Origin: a bacterium
Lineage (GTDB): Bacteria; Planctomycetota; Phycisphaerae; UBA1845
Assembly: GCA_024231775.1 (NCBI GenBank)
Contig: JAAEQG010001482.1
Location: forward strand, 1 to 48,122
Length of the DNA: 48,122 bases
Direction: 5' to 3'
This document shows, one piece after another, positions 9,130-17,929 of this stretch. The notes beneath the pieces are model-generated. The model was not told the origin of the DNA. It searched no databases and worked only from the letters and a program-made list of their open reading frames with translations. A program made the position numbers and the translations under genes. Position 1 is the stretch's first letter. Each line of letters starts with the position of its first letter.

Positions 9130-10764
9130 ATGAGACTATTCCGGTCGAGCGTGTTTCTCTGCGGTAAGGCTGTGGTCATCGCAGAGCTGTTGGCCGGGGT
9201 GGGGTGTGCCAGTACGCCGAAGCAGGCTCACCTGGAGACGCCGCGAGCACCCGGTGAGGCCACCGGGGTGGTATTCCACGACGCAAACGGCAATGGGGTG
9301 CGCGATTCCGGTGAGCCGGGGCAGGCAGGGGTCGGGGTATCGAACGGTTGCGAGGTGGCGCGTACCGACCGCCAGGGGCGGTATCGTCTGCCGGTCGGTG
9401 ACGACACGATCATCTTCGTCATCAAACCGGCAGGCTGGATGACCGCCACCAGCAAGCATCAGGTTCCGCACTTCTACCACGTTAACAAGCCGACGGGTTC
9501 CCCTCCCCTGCAATACGCCGGCGTCGCTCCGACAGGGCGGCTTCCGGACTCGGTGGACTTCGCGTTGTATCCTCACGAAGAGCCGAAGCGCTTTCGAGCG
9601 ATCCTCCTGGGCGACACGCAACCACGAACGCAAAAGGAACTCGACTACGTGGCTCACGACGTGGTCGAGGAACTGGTGGGAACAGATGCGCTGCTTGGCG
9701 TCACCCTGGGAGACAACGTCTACAACCACCTTCCGCTGCTGGACAACCTGGTGCGGGCGTTGGGGTTGGTGGGGATGCCTTGGCACTATGTGCTGGGCAA
9801 CCATGACATGAACTACGACGCGGTGGACGATCAACACTCGAACGAGACCTGGGAGCGTCTCTTCGGACCGTCGTACTACGCGTTCAACTACGGTCGAGTA
9901 CACTTCATCGTGCTCGATGACGTAATCTGGACCGGGGCGAGCGGGGAGAACAGAGGGTACTACATCGGAGGGCTGGAGGATCGTCAACTCGAGTTCATCC
10001 GCAACGATCTGGCGTTGGTACCGAATGATCGGCTGGTCGTGCTGGTGATGCACATACCTCTGGTGCTGGAGCGTGGCGGCAAGACGCTGTTCCGCGAGCC
10101 GGACCGCGATGCGCTGTTCGGCCTGCTGAAGGACCACCCGCACACCCTATCGATCTCCGCACACTGGCATCGCCAAGGACACCTATTCTTCGGAAAGAAA
10201 GATGGATGGCCCGGGGCGAAGCCGCACCACCATCTGGTCCAGGGCACGGTCTGCGGAAGCTGGTGGAGCGGAGCCCCGGACGAGCGGGGGATTCCGCACG
10301 CGACAATGTCGGACGGGACTCCAAACGGTTATTCCACGATCACGTTTGACGGAGCCGATTACGCAATCGAATACCGTGCGGCCGGCCGTCCAGCCGATCA
10401 CCAGATGGCGATCTTCGTTCCTGAGGAGGTCGCCGGATCCGACGCCGCCAAGACCGAGGTGCTGGTGAACGTCTTCGCGGGTTCGGAGCGCTCCACGGTG
10501 GAGATGCAGCTTGGGGACACCGGTCCTTGGGTCGTCCTGAAACGTGTTCAACGTGAGGACCCGTTCTACCTGCGGATGAAAGAGGCGGAGGAAAGCCCCA
10601 CGCCGCCACGAGGTCGACGCCTACCCACTGCGACCTCCTGCACGCACCTGTGGCAGGCCTACCTGCCTCCTAACCCCATCGCGGGCACACATCTTCTCCG
10701 GGTGCGAACGACCGATATGTTCGGCCAGACCTACTCTGCCGTTCGGGTAGTCCGAATCCGCTGA
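9130..10764 (+). CDS. secreted calcineurin-like metallophosphoesterase (probable lipoprotein)
   Basis: Start set at ATG 9130, preceded by AAGGGGGA. Signal/lipobox LLAGVGCAS and an SdrD-B-like GVVFHDANGNGVRDSGE module. Phosphoesterase motifs LGDTQ, GDNVY, GNHD, and VLVMHIP..SAHWH. Confidence 0.8.
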   Translation: MRLFRSSVFLCGKAVVIAELLAGVGCASTPKQAHLETPRAPGEATGVVFHDANGNGVRDSGEPGQAGVGVSNGCEVARTDRQGRYRLPVGDDTIIFVIKPAGWMTATSKHQVPHFYHVNKPTGSPPLQYAGVAPTGRLPDSVDFALYPHEEPKRFRAILLGDTQPRTQKELDYVAHDVVEELVGTDALLGVTLGDNVYNHLPLLDNLVRALGLVGMPWHYVLGNHDMNYDAVDDQHSNETWERLFGPSYYAFNYGRVHFIVLDDVIWTGASGENRGYYIGGLEDRQLEFIRNDLALVPNDRLVVLVMHIPLVLERGGKTLFREPDRDALFGLLKDHPHTLSISAHWHRQGHLFFGKKDGWPGAKPHHHLVQGTVCGSWWSGAPDERGIPHATMSDGTPNGYSTITFDGADYAIEYRAAGRPADHQMAIFVPEEVAGSDAAKTEVLVNVFAGSERSTVEMQLGDTGPWVVLKRVQREDPFYLRMKEAEESPTPPRGRRLPTATSCTHLWQAYLPPNPIAGTHLLRVRTTDMFGQTYSAVRVVRIR

Positions 10765-10872
10765 GCGAGGTTGGCTACGGTCCGCATCGGTGGTGGGCTC
10801 GGCACGCCGTCCTGCCGATACACCCCTACGCATAAGTGTCCTCCAGGCAAGACCTTTCGCGAAGGGAGGCCG

Positions 10873-12459
10873 GTGTCCAAGCGCAGCTACAGCGCCTTCG
10901 TGGGTACTCCCGGCGGGCTTGCCCTGACCGCCTTGGTCGCGGGTTCGCTCATGGGTTGGGGGTGCGGCGCACCGCAGGCGGGTGCGTCCTCCGGTTCAGC
11001 AACTTCCTCGAAGGTGTACATCGTCAGTACGGAGAACCTGGAATCGGCACCGTTGGGGCCGAGTGACTCGTGGGCTCCCAGCCGTTGGATCAGCGTCGGG
11101 AGCGAGGACACCACGTCGCCGCGGATGGCGGAGTTCTTCCTGACCGTAGCCACAGACCGGCCGGAGTCGTTGAAAATCCGCCTGGTGCCGGCGCAGTCCG
11201 ACTCACCTGTGCGGCTACGACACGTCGCCCCGCCGACGACTCCCGCAGGAACCAGCAGCCTCGACTCGCGGTCGACCGGCGGGGACGGACCCGCCTCTGA
11301 TGGCAGCCGCCTACAGGACGGCGGCTTCTGGCTGGCGGAAGGAACAGCGCCGACCACCCCGTTGTATCACCGGATCGGAGTGCAGATCGCCCCCAGCGCC
11401 ATGAGCGCGAACACGTGGCTGGAAGTCTACGTCTCGGAGACCTCGACCGGCGAGCCCATCCATGCGGACCGGATCAAACTCACCCGCGGTTTCTTCTATA
11501 TGGCGGTGGTAGGCGATTCGGCCATGTGGGGGAACGGGTTGCGGGAGGGCGACAAGTTCAGCACACGGGTGGCCCGGCGCATCGAAGAGGAGACGGGGCA
11601 GGAGGTGGTCCGCTTCACATATGCTATCTCCGGAGCGGAGATCGTCCCCAAGAAGACGGAAGAGGCGATCTGCGGCGAGGGGTGCATGGGAGAGGTTCCC
11701 TCCGCCGTCACCTCGATAACGCGTCAGGTCGAGAACATGCTGCACCCGGAGGAGATGGACCTCATCCTGCTCGACGGATGTGGTAACGACGTGAACATGA
11801 AGCACATCCTCTCACCTCAGACTGATCCGGTGGAACTGGAGGAGACCACGCGTCGGTACTGCGGAGCTGAGATGATCGGGCTTCTGGAGAAGGTGCGCAG
11901 CCGTTCTCCGCAGGCTCCGATCGTGGTGACGGGGTATTTCCCCTTCGTGAGCGAGGAGTCGGTGGAATCTGGCGCTGAGGAGATGGCGTTGGCTTTGGGA
12001 ATCGCCGGCGAAGACCTGGAGGGCAGCGACGACCCCCTGGGGGCGATGGCCCGAAACTCGGCGGTCTTCCATAGGGTCTCGGGGGAGAGCCTGGCGGCGG
12101 CGGTCGCTGCACTGAACGCCTCCGGTCCCGGCGCCCCCCTGGCTGCGTTCGCTGATCCGGGCTATGGGCCGGAGAACTCCATCTTCGCTCCGGAGTCGTG
12201 GCTGTGGAATCTGACGGCCAACCCTGAGCTCGAGCAGATTCTCGGAATCGAGCTGCGCCTGTTTCCAGAGGACCCACTATTGGACTACCGCCTGGAAGCG
12301 TGCCGCGAGCCTGGCGTCGCCATCGACCTGATCCCGTGCGTCTACGGATCCGTCGCTCATCCCAACCCCGCCGGAGCCCGGGCCTACACGGATGCGGTCG
12401 TAGATGCGCTGCGCCAGCTCGAGGTGCTCCCCGCTTCCGCAGCCTCGGACACGCCTTGA
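10873..12459 (+). CDS. SGNH/GDSL-like hydrolase lipoprotein
   Basis: GTG 10873 is preceded by GAAGGGAGG. Lipobox SLMGWGCGA. SGNH block I is VVGDSAMWGNGL, block III is LDGCGNDVN, and block V-like is SVAHPNPAGARAY. The long N-terminal region is unassigned. Confidence 0.55.
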   Translation: MSKRSYSAFVGTPGGLALTALVAGSLMGWGCGAPQAGASSGSATSSKVYIVSTENLESAPLGPSDSWAPSRWISVGSEDTTSPRMAEFFLTVATDRPESLKIRLVPAQSDSPVRLRHVAPPTTPAGTSSLDSRSTGGDGPASDGSRLQDGGFWLAEGTAPTTPLYHRIGVQIAPSAMSANTWLEVYVSETSTGEPIHADRIKLTRGFFYMAVVGDSAMWGNGLREGDKFSTRVARRIEEETGQEVVRFTYAISGAEIVPKKTEEAICGEGCMGEVPSAVTSITRQVENMLHPEEMDLILLDGCGNDVNMKHILSPQTDPVELEETTRRYCGAEMIGLLEKVRSRSPQAPIVVTGYFPFVSEESVESGAEEMALALGIAGEDLEGSDDPLGAMARNSAVFHRVSGESLAAAVAALNASGPGAPLAAFADPGYGPENSIFAPESWLWNLTANPELEQILGIELRLFPEDPLLDYRLEACREPGVAIDLIPCVYGSVAHPNPAGARAYTDAVVDALRQLEVLPASAASDTP

Positions 12460-12579
12460 AGGCTGGGTGCCGCCTTGGCCGGACTCCCCAGCCAATTGTG
12501 GGGCAACGCCCGGGCGGCGCAACACCACTCAAAGCTCGATCAAGCCTTCATCATGGTCGGCGCTCGCGGATCGCGCAGG

Positions 12580-14568
12580 TCAGCCTGCACGGTTGTCGGG
12601 TTCTTCCTCGTCCTCATCGAAGGTTCTCTGCACGCGGGCTTTGAGCCTGGGGCCTTCGGGGTGTTCGTGGGTGTACATGTCCTTGGGCATCGTTCCGCCG
12701 AGCCAGGACGGGTTCATCGGGTAGACGTGGGGGCTGAACAGCACCGAGTAACCATGCCATACCAGGATAGCCAGCGTAGCCAGCCAAGCCTCGTAGTAGT
12801 GAATCACTAACACCACGTCGAGGATACCCTTGGGCAACGCCCAACGCTGCACGAAATAGTTATCGAACCACAGGAGCACACCGGTAAGGGTCATGATGAC
12901 CCCGCCCCAGGCCAGGGCCCAGTACTCGCACTTCTCCATGTAGCTGAATCGTCCAAACTGGGGACGGTCATCCCGGAGTCCCAGGAAGTAGGCGGCGCTG
13001 TTCTTGATGTCCACGAAGTCGCGCTTGGCCAGAATCATGTCCCGCAGCGCATGCCGGCCACGATGGCCGAAGAGGTAGAAGAGGTGCCACACGCAACAGA
13101 ACGCGAACAGGACCGCCGCGATGCGATGCACTTCCCCACGGAACACGAACCCCTTGCCGTCTCCCCAGTCAAACAACCACTTCACCCAGAACGCCTCGGA
13201 GAAGCGCAGCGAGAATCCGGAAACCACCAGGATGATGAACGAGACCGTAAGCAACCAGTGCTGGAACGTCTCGTTGGGAGTCATCCGCACGACGTACGGT
13301 TTGCGACGCATGAGCTGGACATGGCGAACGATGTCGGCGATGTTGTGCAGGAGCATCAGTCCGATGGTGATTCCGATCAACCACAGATACAGGACTCTGA
13401 CGAAGTGTGGCCACCCCGTCTTGAGCCCTGTCGCGGACTCGTGGATCGAAGCCGAGGCAAGTTCGACGGATATCTGCTCGTGGCACTCCCCACAGGTCGC
13501 CTGGAGGTTGTCCGGATGAATCGAGGAGTCGGGGTCGGTGTGCGGAAGAATCCGGTGCGGGCCGTGACACGAGGAACAATTAGCCACTTTAACATCGTCG
13601 CTGGTGCTCGCCCGGCTCTTGAGTCCGTGGTAGCTGTCGATGTAGGACGTCAGCCGGCCCGCGGGGATGCCGTACTTCTCGTTGAGCACCTCAGACTCAT
13701 GGCATGGCGAACAGGTAGCTTCGGCCACCCGCGTGGCACTGACCGGTGACCGCGGGTCCTTATGGTCGATGATCCCATGCTCACCATGGCAGGTGGTGCA
13801 TACGGGCGCATCGACCTTACCGCGCTTGACCATCTTCCCGTGGATTCCTTCCCAGTAATCCTTCATGAACGTCGGATGACAGCTGCCGCACGTGTTGGGG
13901 ATGTTGAAGAAGGAGATCGGCGAATCAGAATCGCCAGCGCCCAGAATGCGATGCGCCGTCCGCTTCCCATCGGACTCGGGAGCGGAATGGCAGTCATTGC
14001 ACGTGGCCGCCATGTACCGTCCCTTACGGCTGGCTTGGCCGTGAATGGAATTCTCGTAGAGCCGGATAGGGGCATCGCGCAGGAACTCGTGCCTCTTGAC
14101 CAAGTCCACGTCGACATGACACGCCCTGCAGGTTTCCGGCAGGTTGATGGGGTGAACCCGCGAGTCCGTATCGTCGGTGGCGAGGATGTCGTGTGCCCCG
14201 TGACAACTCCAGCAGGCGGGGAGGTCGGGATCCTTCCCGACTTCGAGTCGGCCGTGCTGGGTATACACCTCGGCCGCTTCTTCGTGACACTCGCCGCAGT
14301 CCACCGGCGCGACCGCTTCCCCATGCGGGGTCGGAGATGTCGCATCAACGCTCTCCATGGAGAGCGACTGATGGCAGTCCGTGCAGTCCAGGTCCGCATG
14401 GATTGAAGTGCTGAGGATGTCCCCTGGCGGGCGGTCCTCCCCTGCGTCTGCCGCATCGTTGTGACAGTCGAGACAACTCGCGGGTTCCGTGGCTTGGGCG
14501 AAACCGCGCGGGCTTGCCCCTGCAATCACCAGCGCTGCAAGCGCCCCAATCATAATCGCCTGTCTCAT
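12580..14568 (-). CDS. CbcL-like fusion: 11-CxxCH multihaem cytochrome c + FdnI/HydC-type cytochrome b membrane domain
   Basis: I counted 11 CxxCH motifs, several as paired modules such as CSSCHGPHRILPHTDPDSSIHPDNLQATCGECH. The C-terminal TM domain has RMTPNETFQHWLL..VSGF, VHRIAAVLF..VWHLF and VIHYYEAW..LVWHGY (b-haem His ligands). Start is probably ATG 14568 (MRQAIMIGALAALVIAGA signal peptide); the track start is 14625. Confidence 0.85.
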   Translation of the reverse strand: MRQAIMIGALAALVIAGASPRGFAQATEPASCLDCHNDAADAGEDRPPGDILSTSIHADLDCTDCHQSLSMESVDATSPTPHGEAVAPVDCGECHEEAAEVYTQHGRLEVGKDPDLPACWSCHGAHDILATDDTDSRVHPINLPETCRACHVDVDLVKRHEFLRDAPIRLYENSIHGQASRKGRYMAATCNDCHSAPESDGKRTAHRILGAGDSDSPISFFNIPNTCGSCHPTFMKDYWEGIHGKMVKRGKVDAPVCTTCHGEHGIIDHKDPRSPVSATRVAEATCSPCHESEVLNEKYGIPAGRLTSYIDSYHGLKSRASTSDDVKVANCSSCHGPHRILPHTDPDSSIHPDNLQATCGECHEQISVELASASIHESATGLKTGWPHFVRVLYLWLIGITIGLMLLHNIADIVRHVQLMRRKPYVVRMTPNETFQHWLLTVSFIILVVSGFSLRFSEAFWVKWLFDWGDGKGFVFRGEVHRIAAVLFAFCCVWHLFYLFGHRGRHALRDMILAKRDFVDIKNSAAYFLGLRDDRPQFGRFSYMEKCEYWALAWGGVIMTLTGVLLWFDNYFVQRWALPKGILDVVLVIHYYEAWLATLAILVWHGYSVLFSPHVYPMNPSWLGGTMPKDMYTHEHPEGPRLKARVQRTFDEDEEEPDNRAG

Positions 14569-14664
14569 AGATAGCCTCTCGTACTGCTTGCCAAGGAATC
14601 CACCGGTCATGCTCCGGTTCGCCATTGAGCGTCGTATCCCTCGTCGCGTTCCCCGGCGGAACCA

Positions 14665-17538
14665 TCAGCGATACGCGAACAACATCGCGTAGACGATCAA
14701 CCCGACCAGAGTGAACCCGATCGCCAAGGCGGCAAACCCGAACACCTTGGCGCCCCGGGTCAGAGCCAGTGGAACCGGATCAGCCAGGAAGTCCTCAAGC
14801 CTGCCGCTGGCCACCAACTCCTCGTATTCCCGCGGCTTATCGTGCCGCAACTCTTCCAGCGTCATCCGGCCGGTGAAGATCACCGTATCCATGGGGAACT
14901 TCTCCGGACGGAAGTGGGTGTTGAAGAAGTGGATGGTGAATATGAAACCCGTGGCGAGCAGAGCTTCGTCACTGTGGATTATGGTCGCGACGTTGATCGC
15001 CCAACCCGGAAGCAGGCGCGTGAAGAACTCCGGAAACCACAGGCACAACCCGGTGGCACCGATCACCGCCACGCCCCAGAATACGGCGAAGTAGTCAAAC
15101 TTCTCCCAATAGGTCCACCGCCCGTAGTGGGGGCGCGGTCCGCGGCCGACGAACCACTTGACCGTCTGCCAGAACTCCCGGAGGTCATTCCACCGCGGCA
15201 GCATGGTGTTAGGTCCGAACACGTAGGCGGTCCAGGTCTTTCCGCTCTTGCGATACTTGCGCCACAGATCCCACAAGTGCAGCGCGAAGTATCCGAACGT
15301 AGCCAGCGCACAGATGCGGTGGATCCAGGCTGCGGTGTCCGCGCCGCCCAGGAAGCTGCTCAAGACCTTCGCCCAGCCCGTGTAGGAGAACTTGAGGGCC
15401 ATACCGGTGATCGCCAGCCCAAAGAAGCTCAGGATCACGGTGAGGTGCAGTCCACGACTAAAACGCGTAAAACGAACGAACTGTTTGGCCCGCGGGTCCA
15501 CCGCAGCCAACACTTGGCCGTGCTGCTTGCGCAGCTTCCAGGACCGCGGTAGCCACGCCAGTGTGTGCAGGCCGAAGAACGTGAAAGTGCCCACCAGCAA
15601 GGTGGTCATACCCCAGAATGTCCAGTAGAGCGCCGGGTACTTCTCGGGATCGTGGTGTGTGGCGTGAGTGAGATAGCCCGCGAAACGCCGATGGGATCCC
15701 GGATGACACTGGGCACAAGTAGCCACAATGCTGTCGCGGTGCAACATCGACCGCGAATCCGTGATCGGATGGATCTCATGGGCACCGTGGCAATCCTGAC
15801 ACCTGGCGGCGGTGCTGGATCCATCCAATTCAGAAGCCTTGCCGTGATAGGTATCGAAATACGTTCGGCTAACATCCTCGTGGCACTTCCCGCACTGCTC
15901 CATGATCTCGGTCTTGAAGTCAGAAACATCGGTGCGGGCTACGCGGTGTGACGTGTGACAGTCGTTGCAGCGCGGCAGTGCGTGAGGCTGCGATCCGCGC
16001 TGTCGCTCGTATTCCGGGTTACCGGTGGGGGAATGGATGCTGTGTTCGTACTGTTCATAGATGCCGTCGTGGCACTGCCCGCACGTCTCGGCGATGTTGT
16101 CCGGGTGGATGCTGGACTCGGTATCGTGCCGCGGCAGCTCCTTGTGGGGGGTGTGACAGTCCGTGCAGGTCGCGGTCACAGTCAGCCCGCTCTCCAGGAG
16201 CCCCTTCCCGTGGATGCTCATCGAGTAGTTCTCGATGATGTGGGTCTCCGTCCCGAAGTAGCGCAGCGCAGCCCGCCCACCCTCGCGGTGACACTTGCCG
16301 CACAGCTCGGGCACGTTGCGGCTGTAGCTCGGCGACTCGCGTACGAGATTCTTCAGTTCGCGCGGAGCGTCCTCCGCAACGGTGTGTTCAAGGATGTGGT
16401 GGCTACCGTGGCAGTCGGTGCAATAGGGGGCGTTTTCATCACCCGCCGCGTGTAGACGCCCGTGACGTCCTCGCTCGTACGCCGCGACCTCGGCTTCGTG
16501 GCACACCGAGCAGTTCACCCTCTCGGTGATGGAGCGACAAGGCCGGTCATCCGATGATGCGGTCACCCCCATGTGGCACTGCGCACAGGCGGTCACCTTG
16601 CGACCGTGGATGGATTCGCCGTACTCCTTGGAATCCACGTACAGAGAATGCCCGTCCTCCTCGGCGACCAGTTCGGGGCTCCCATGGCAACTGAGGCAGT
16701 CGGCGTTGCTCATCTCGGTGGAGTAAAACACCTCGCGGATCTCGTGCGGTGAGTGACACTCCACGCACACCGGCACGGTGCGTTCGGAGTCATCCGGACT
16801 TGCCCACAGCTCGCCGGCGATGATCTTGCGATGTACCTCCTGAATCCGGCCATGACACTGCCGGCAGGTGTCCGCCACCTTGTCCTCGTGGATCGAAGAG
16901 CGCGGATCGGTATGCGGCAGCACGTTGTGCCCGGTGTGGCAGCTCGTGCATACCGCGGTGACCACCAGCCCCTGCTTGAACAGCCCCTCTCCGTGGATGC
17001 TCTGGCGATAACGCTGGAAGACCTGTTCTTCCGGAAGGTCGTGAGTCCGCTCGACCTTGGCCCCCTCGGCGTGGCATTGCGCACACATCTGCGGGACGTT
17101 GAACGGAGAAATCACCGAGTCAGGGTCGGACAACTCAAGGATGTAGTGGTTGCCGTGGCAATCTTGGCATAATGGGGCATCTGGGTCGTCTGCCCGCACC
17201 CGCTGCCCGTGCGTGCTGGACCAGTACGCTGCGATCGGGCCGTCTTCGTCTTCGTGGCAGTCGCCGCAGCCCACGCGTTCCAAACCCGTCTGGTGCGGGT
17301 AGCCCTCGACGCCGTCGAGTTCGGTGTGGCAACCAACGCAATCCATGTCCCCGTGAACGCTACCCTCGAAGCGGTCCGGGTTCACGTGCAGGTCGATCTC
17401 GCGACCGGCGCGATCGACCTTCAGCCCCACCCGCGCGTGGCACTTGAGACAATCCTCATTCTCCTGGGCGATCCCCGCCGGAATGTGCCCGCTGAGCGCC
17501 AGCAAGAGGGAAACAGCCAGCAGGTTCGATCGGGGCAT
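14665..17538 (-). CDS. CbcL-like fusion: 19-CxxCH multihaem cytochrome c + FdnI/HydC-type cytochrome b membrane domain
   Basis: 957 aa with signal peptide MPRSNLLAVSLLLALSG. I counted 19 CxxCH motifs. The C-terminal roughly 330 aa are hydrophobic, with FTRFSRGLHLTVILSFFGLAITG, IHRICALATF..LHLW and IIHSDEALLATGFIFTIHFF. Confidence 0.85.
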   Translation of the reverse strand: MPRSNLLAVSLLLALSGHIPAGIAQENEDCLKCHARVGLKVDRAGREIDLHVNPDRFEGSVHGDMDCVGCHTELDGVEGYPHQTGLERVGCGDCHEDEDGPIAAYWSSTHGQRVRADDPDAPLCQDCHGNHYILELSDPDSVISPFNVPQMCAQCHAEGAKVERTHDLPEEQVFQRYRQSIHGEGLFKQGLVVTAVCTSCHTGHNVLPHTDPRSSIHEDKVADTCRQCHGRIQEVHRKIIAGELWASPDDSERTVPVCVECHSPHEIREVFYSTEMSNADCLSCHGSPELVAEEDGHSLYVDSKEYGESIHGRKVTACAQCHMGVTASSDDRPCRSITERVNCSVCHEAEVAAYERGRHGRLHAAGDENAPYCTDCHGSHHILEHTVAEDAPRELKNLVRESPSYSRNVPELCGKCHREGGRAALRYFGTETHIIENYSMSIHGKGLLESGLTVTATCTDCHTPHKELPRHDTESSIHPDNIAETCGQCHDGIYEQYEHSIHSPTGNPEYERQRGSQPHALPRCNDCHTSHRVARTDVSDFKTEIMEQCGKCHEDVSRTYFDTYHGKASELDGSSTAARCQDCHGAHEIHPITDSRSMLHRDSIVATCAQCHPGSHRRFAGYLTHATHHDPEKYPALYWTFWGMTTLLVGTFTFFGLHTLAWLPRSWKLRKQHGQVLAAVDPRAKQFVRFTRFSRGLHLTVILSFFGLAITGMALKFSYTGWAKVLSSFLGGADTAAWIHRICALATFGYFALHLWDLWRKYRKSGKTWTAYVFGPNTMLPRWNDLREFWQTVKWFVGRGPRPHYGRWTYWEKFDYFAVFWGVAVIGATGLCLWFPEFFTRLLPGWAINVATIIHSDEALLATGFIFTIHFFNTHFRPEKFPMDTVIFTGRMTLEELRHDKPREYEELVASGRLEDFLADPVPLALTRGAKVFGFAALAIGFTLVGLIVYAMLFAYR

Positions 17539-17663
17539 CGCAGCATCCTTGAGGTCTGCACGGTTCGTCTAGCCGGCTCCGGGTGGCCGCCGGCGCTCAC
17601 TTGCGCACGGGTTCCGCTGGACGAGGAGATCTACTGATAGTCCCGTTGTACCCGTGGCCGGGG

Positions 17664-17694
17664 AGTATTGTGGGCGCGGGGCGCCAGATGTCAA
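17664..17694 (-). promoter_or_regulatory. candidate sigma70-like internal promoter ahead of the 19-haem gene
   Basis: On the minus strand, TTGACA (17694-17689), a 19-nt spacer, then AATACT (17669-17664), about 125 nt upstream of ATG 17538. The spacer is long and the -10 is a 4/6 match, so this is weak. Confidence 0.2.
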
Positions 17695-17734
17695 CGCCTC
17701 CCGCACGCTGGGCGCGGCGTGGTCAGCCTGGTTT

Positions 17735-17744
17735 TGTTATAACA
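17735..17744. promoter_or_regulatory. perfect 10-bp A/T-rich palindrome TGTTATAACA (candidate transcription-factor site)
   Basis: Read directly. It sits in a local A/T-rich patch (gttttgttataacactatg) within the GC-rich 391-bp gap between the 13-haem and 19-haem genes, about 40 nt upstream of the TTGACA element. Confidence 0.25.
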
Positions 17745-17929
17745 CTATGCCGTTATGGGGAGAAACCGAAGCTGGGACGCCCCATCCGTGGGGAGCGTAG
17801 CGGGCCGGAGCCCACAGCACTTCGCGACGGAACCACCCTGCCCGTCCACACGACTCCGGTTCTGAAGCGAAGACGATGCCGTTGCCTGGACCCCAGACTC
17901 CGGCGTGCCATGGACTGTCGCAACGAACC

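Noticed and set aside
9136-10143. 335-aa minus-strand ORF
   Set aside because: It is antisense to the metallophosphoesterase gene. It is His/Arg/Val-rich with no recognisable domain.
10771-10872. Upstream ATG start for the SGNH-like gene
   Set aside because: The extra 34 residues precede the signal peptide and lipobox. GTG 10873 has a strong GAAGGGAGG Shine-Dalgarno at proper spacing. I kept this as an alternative only.
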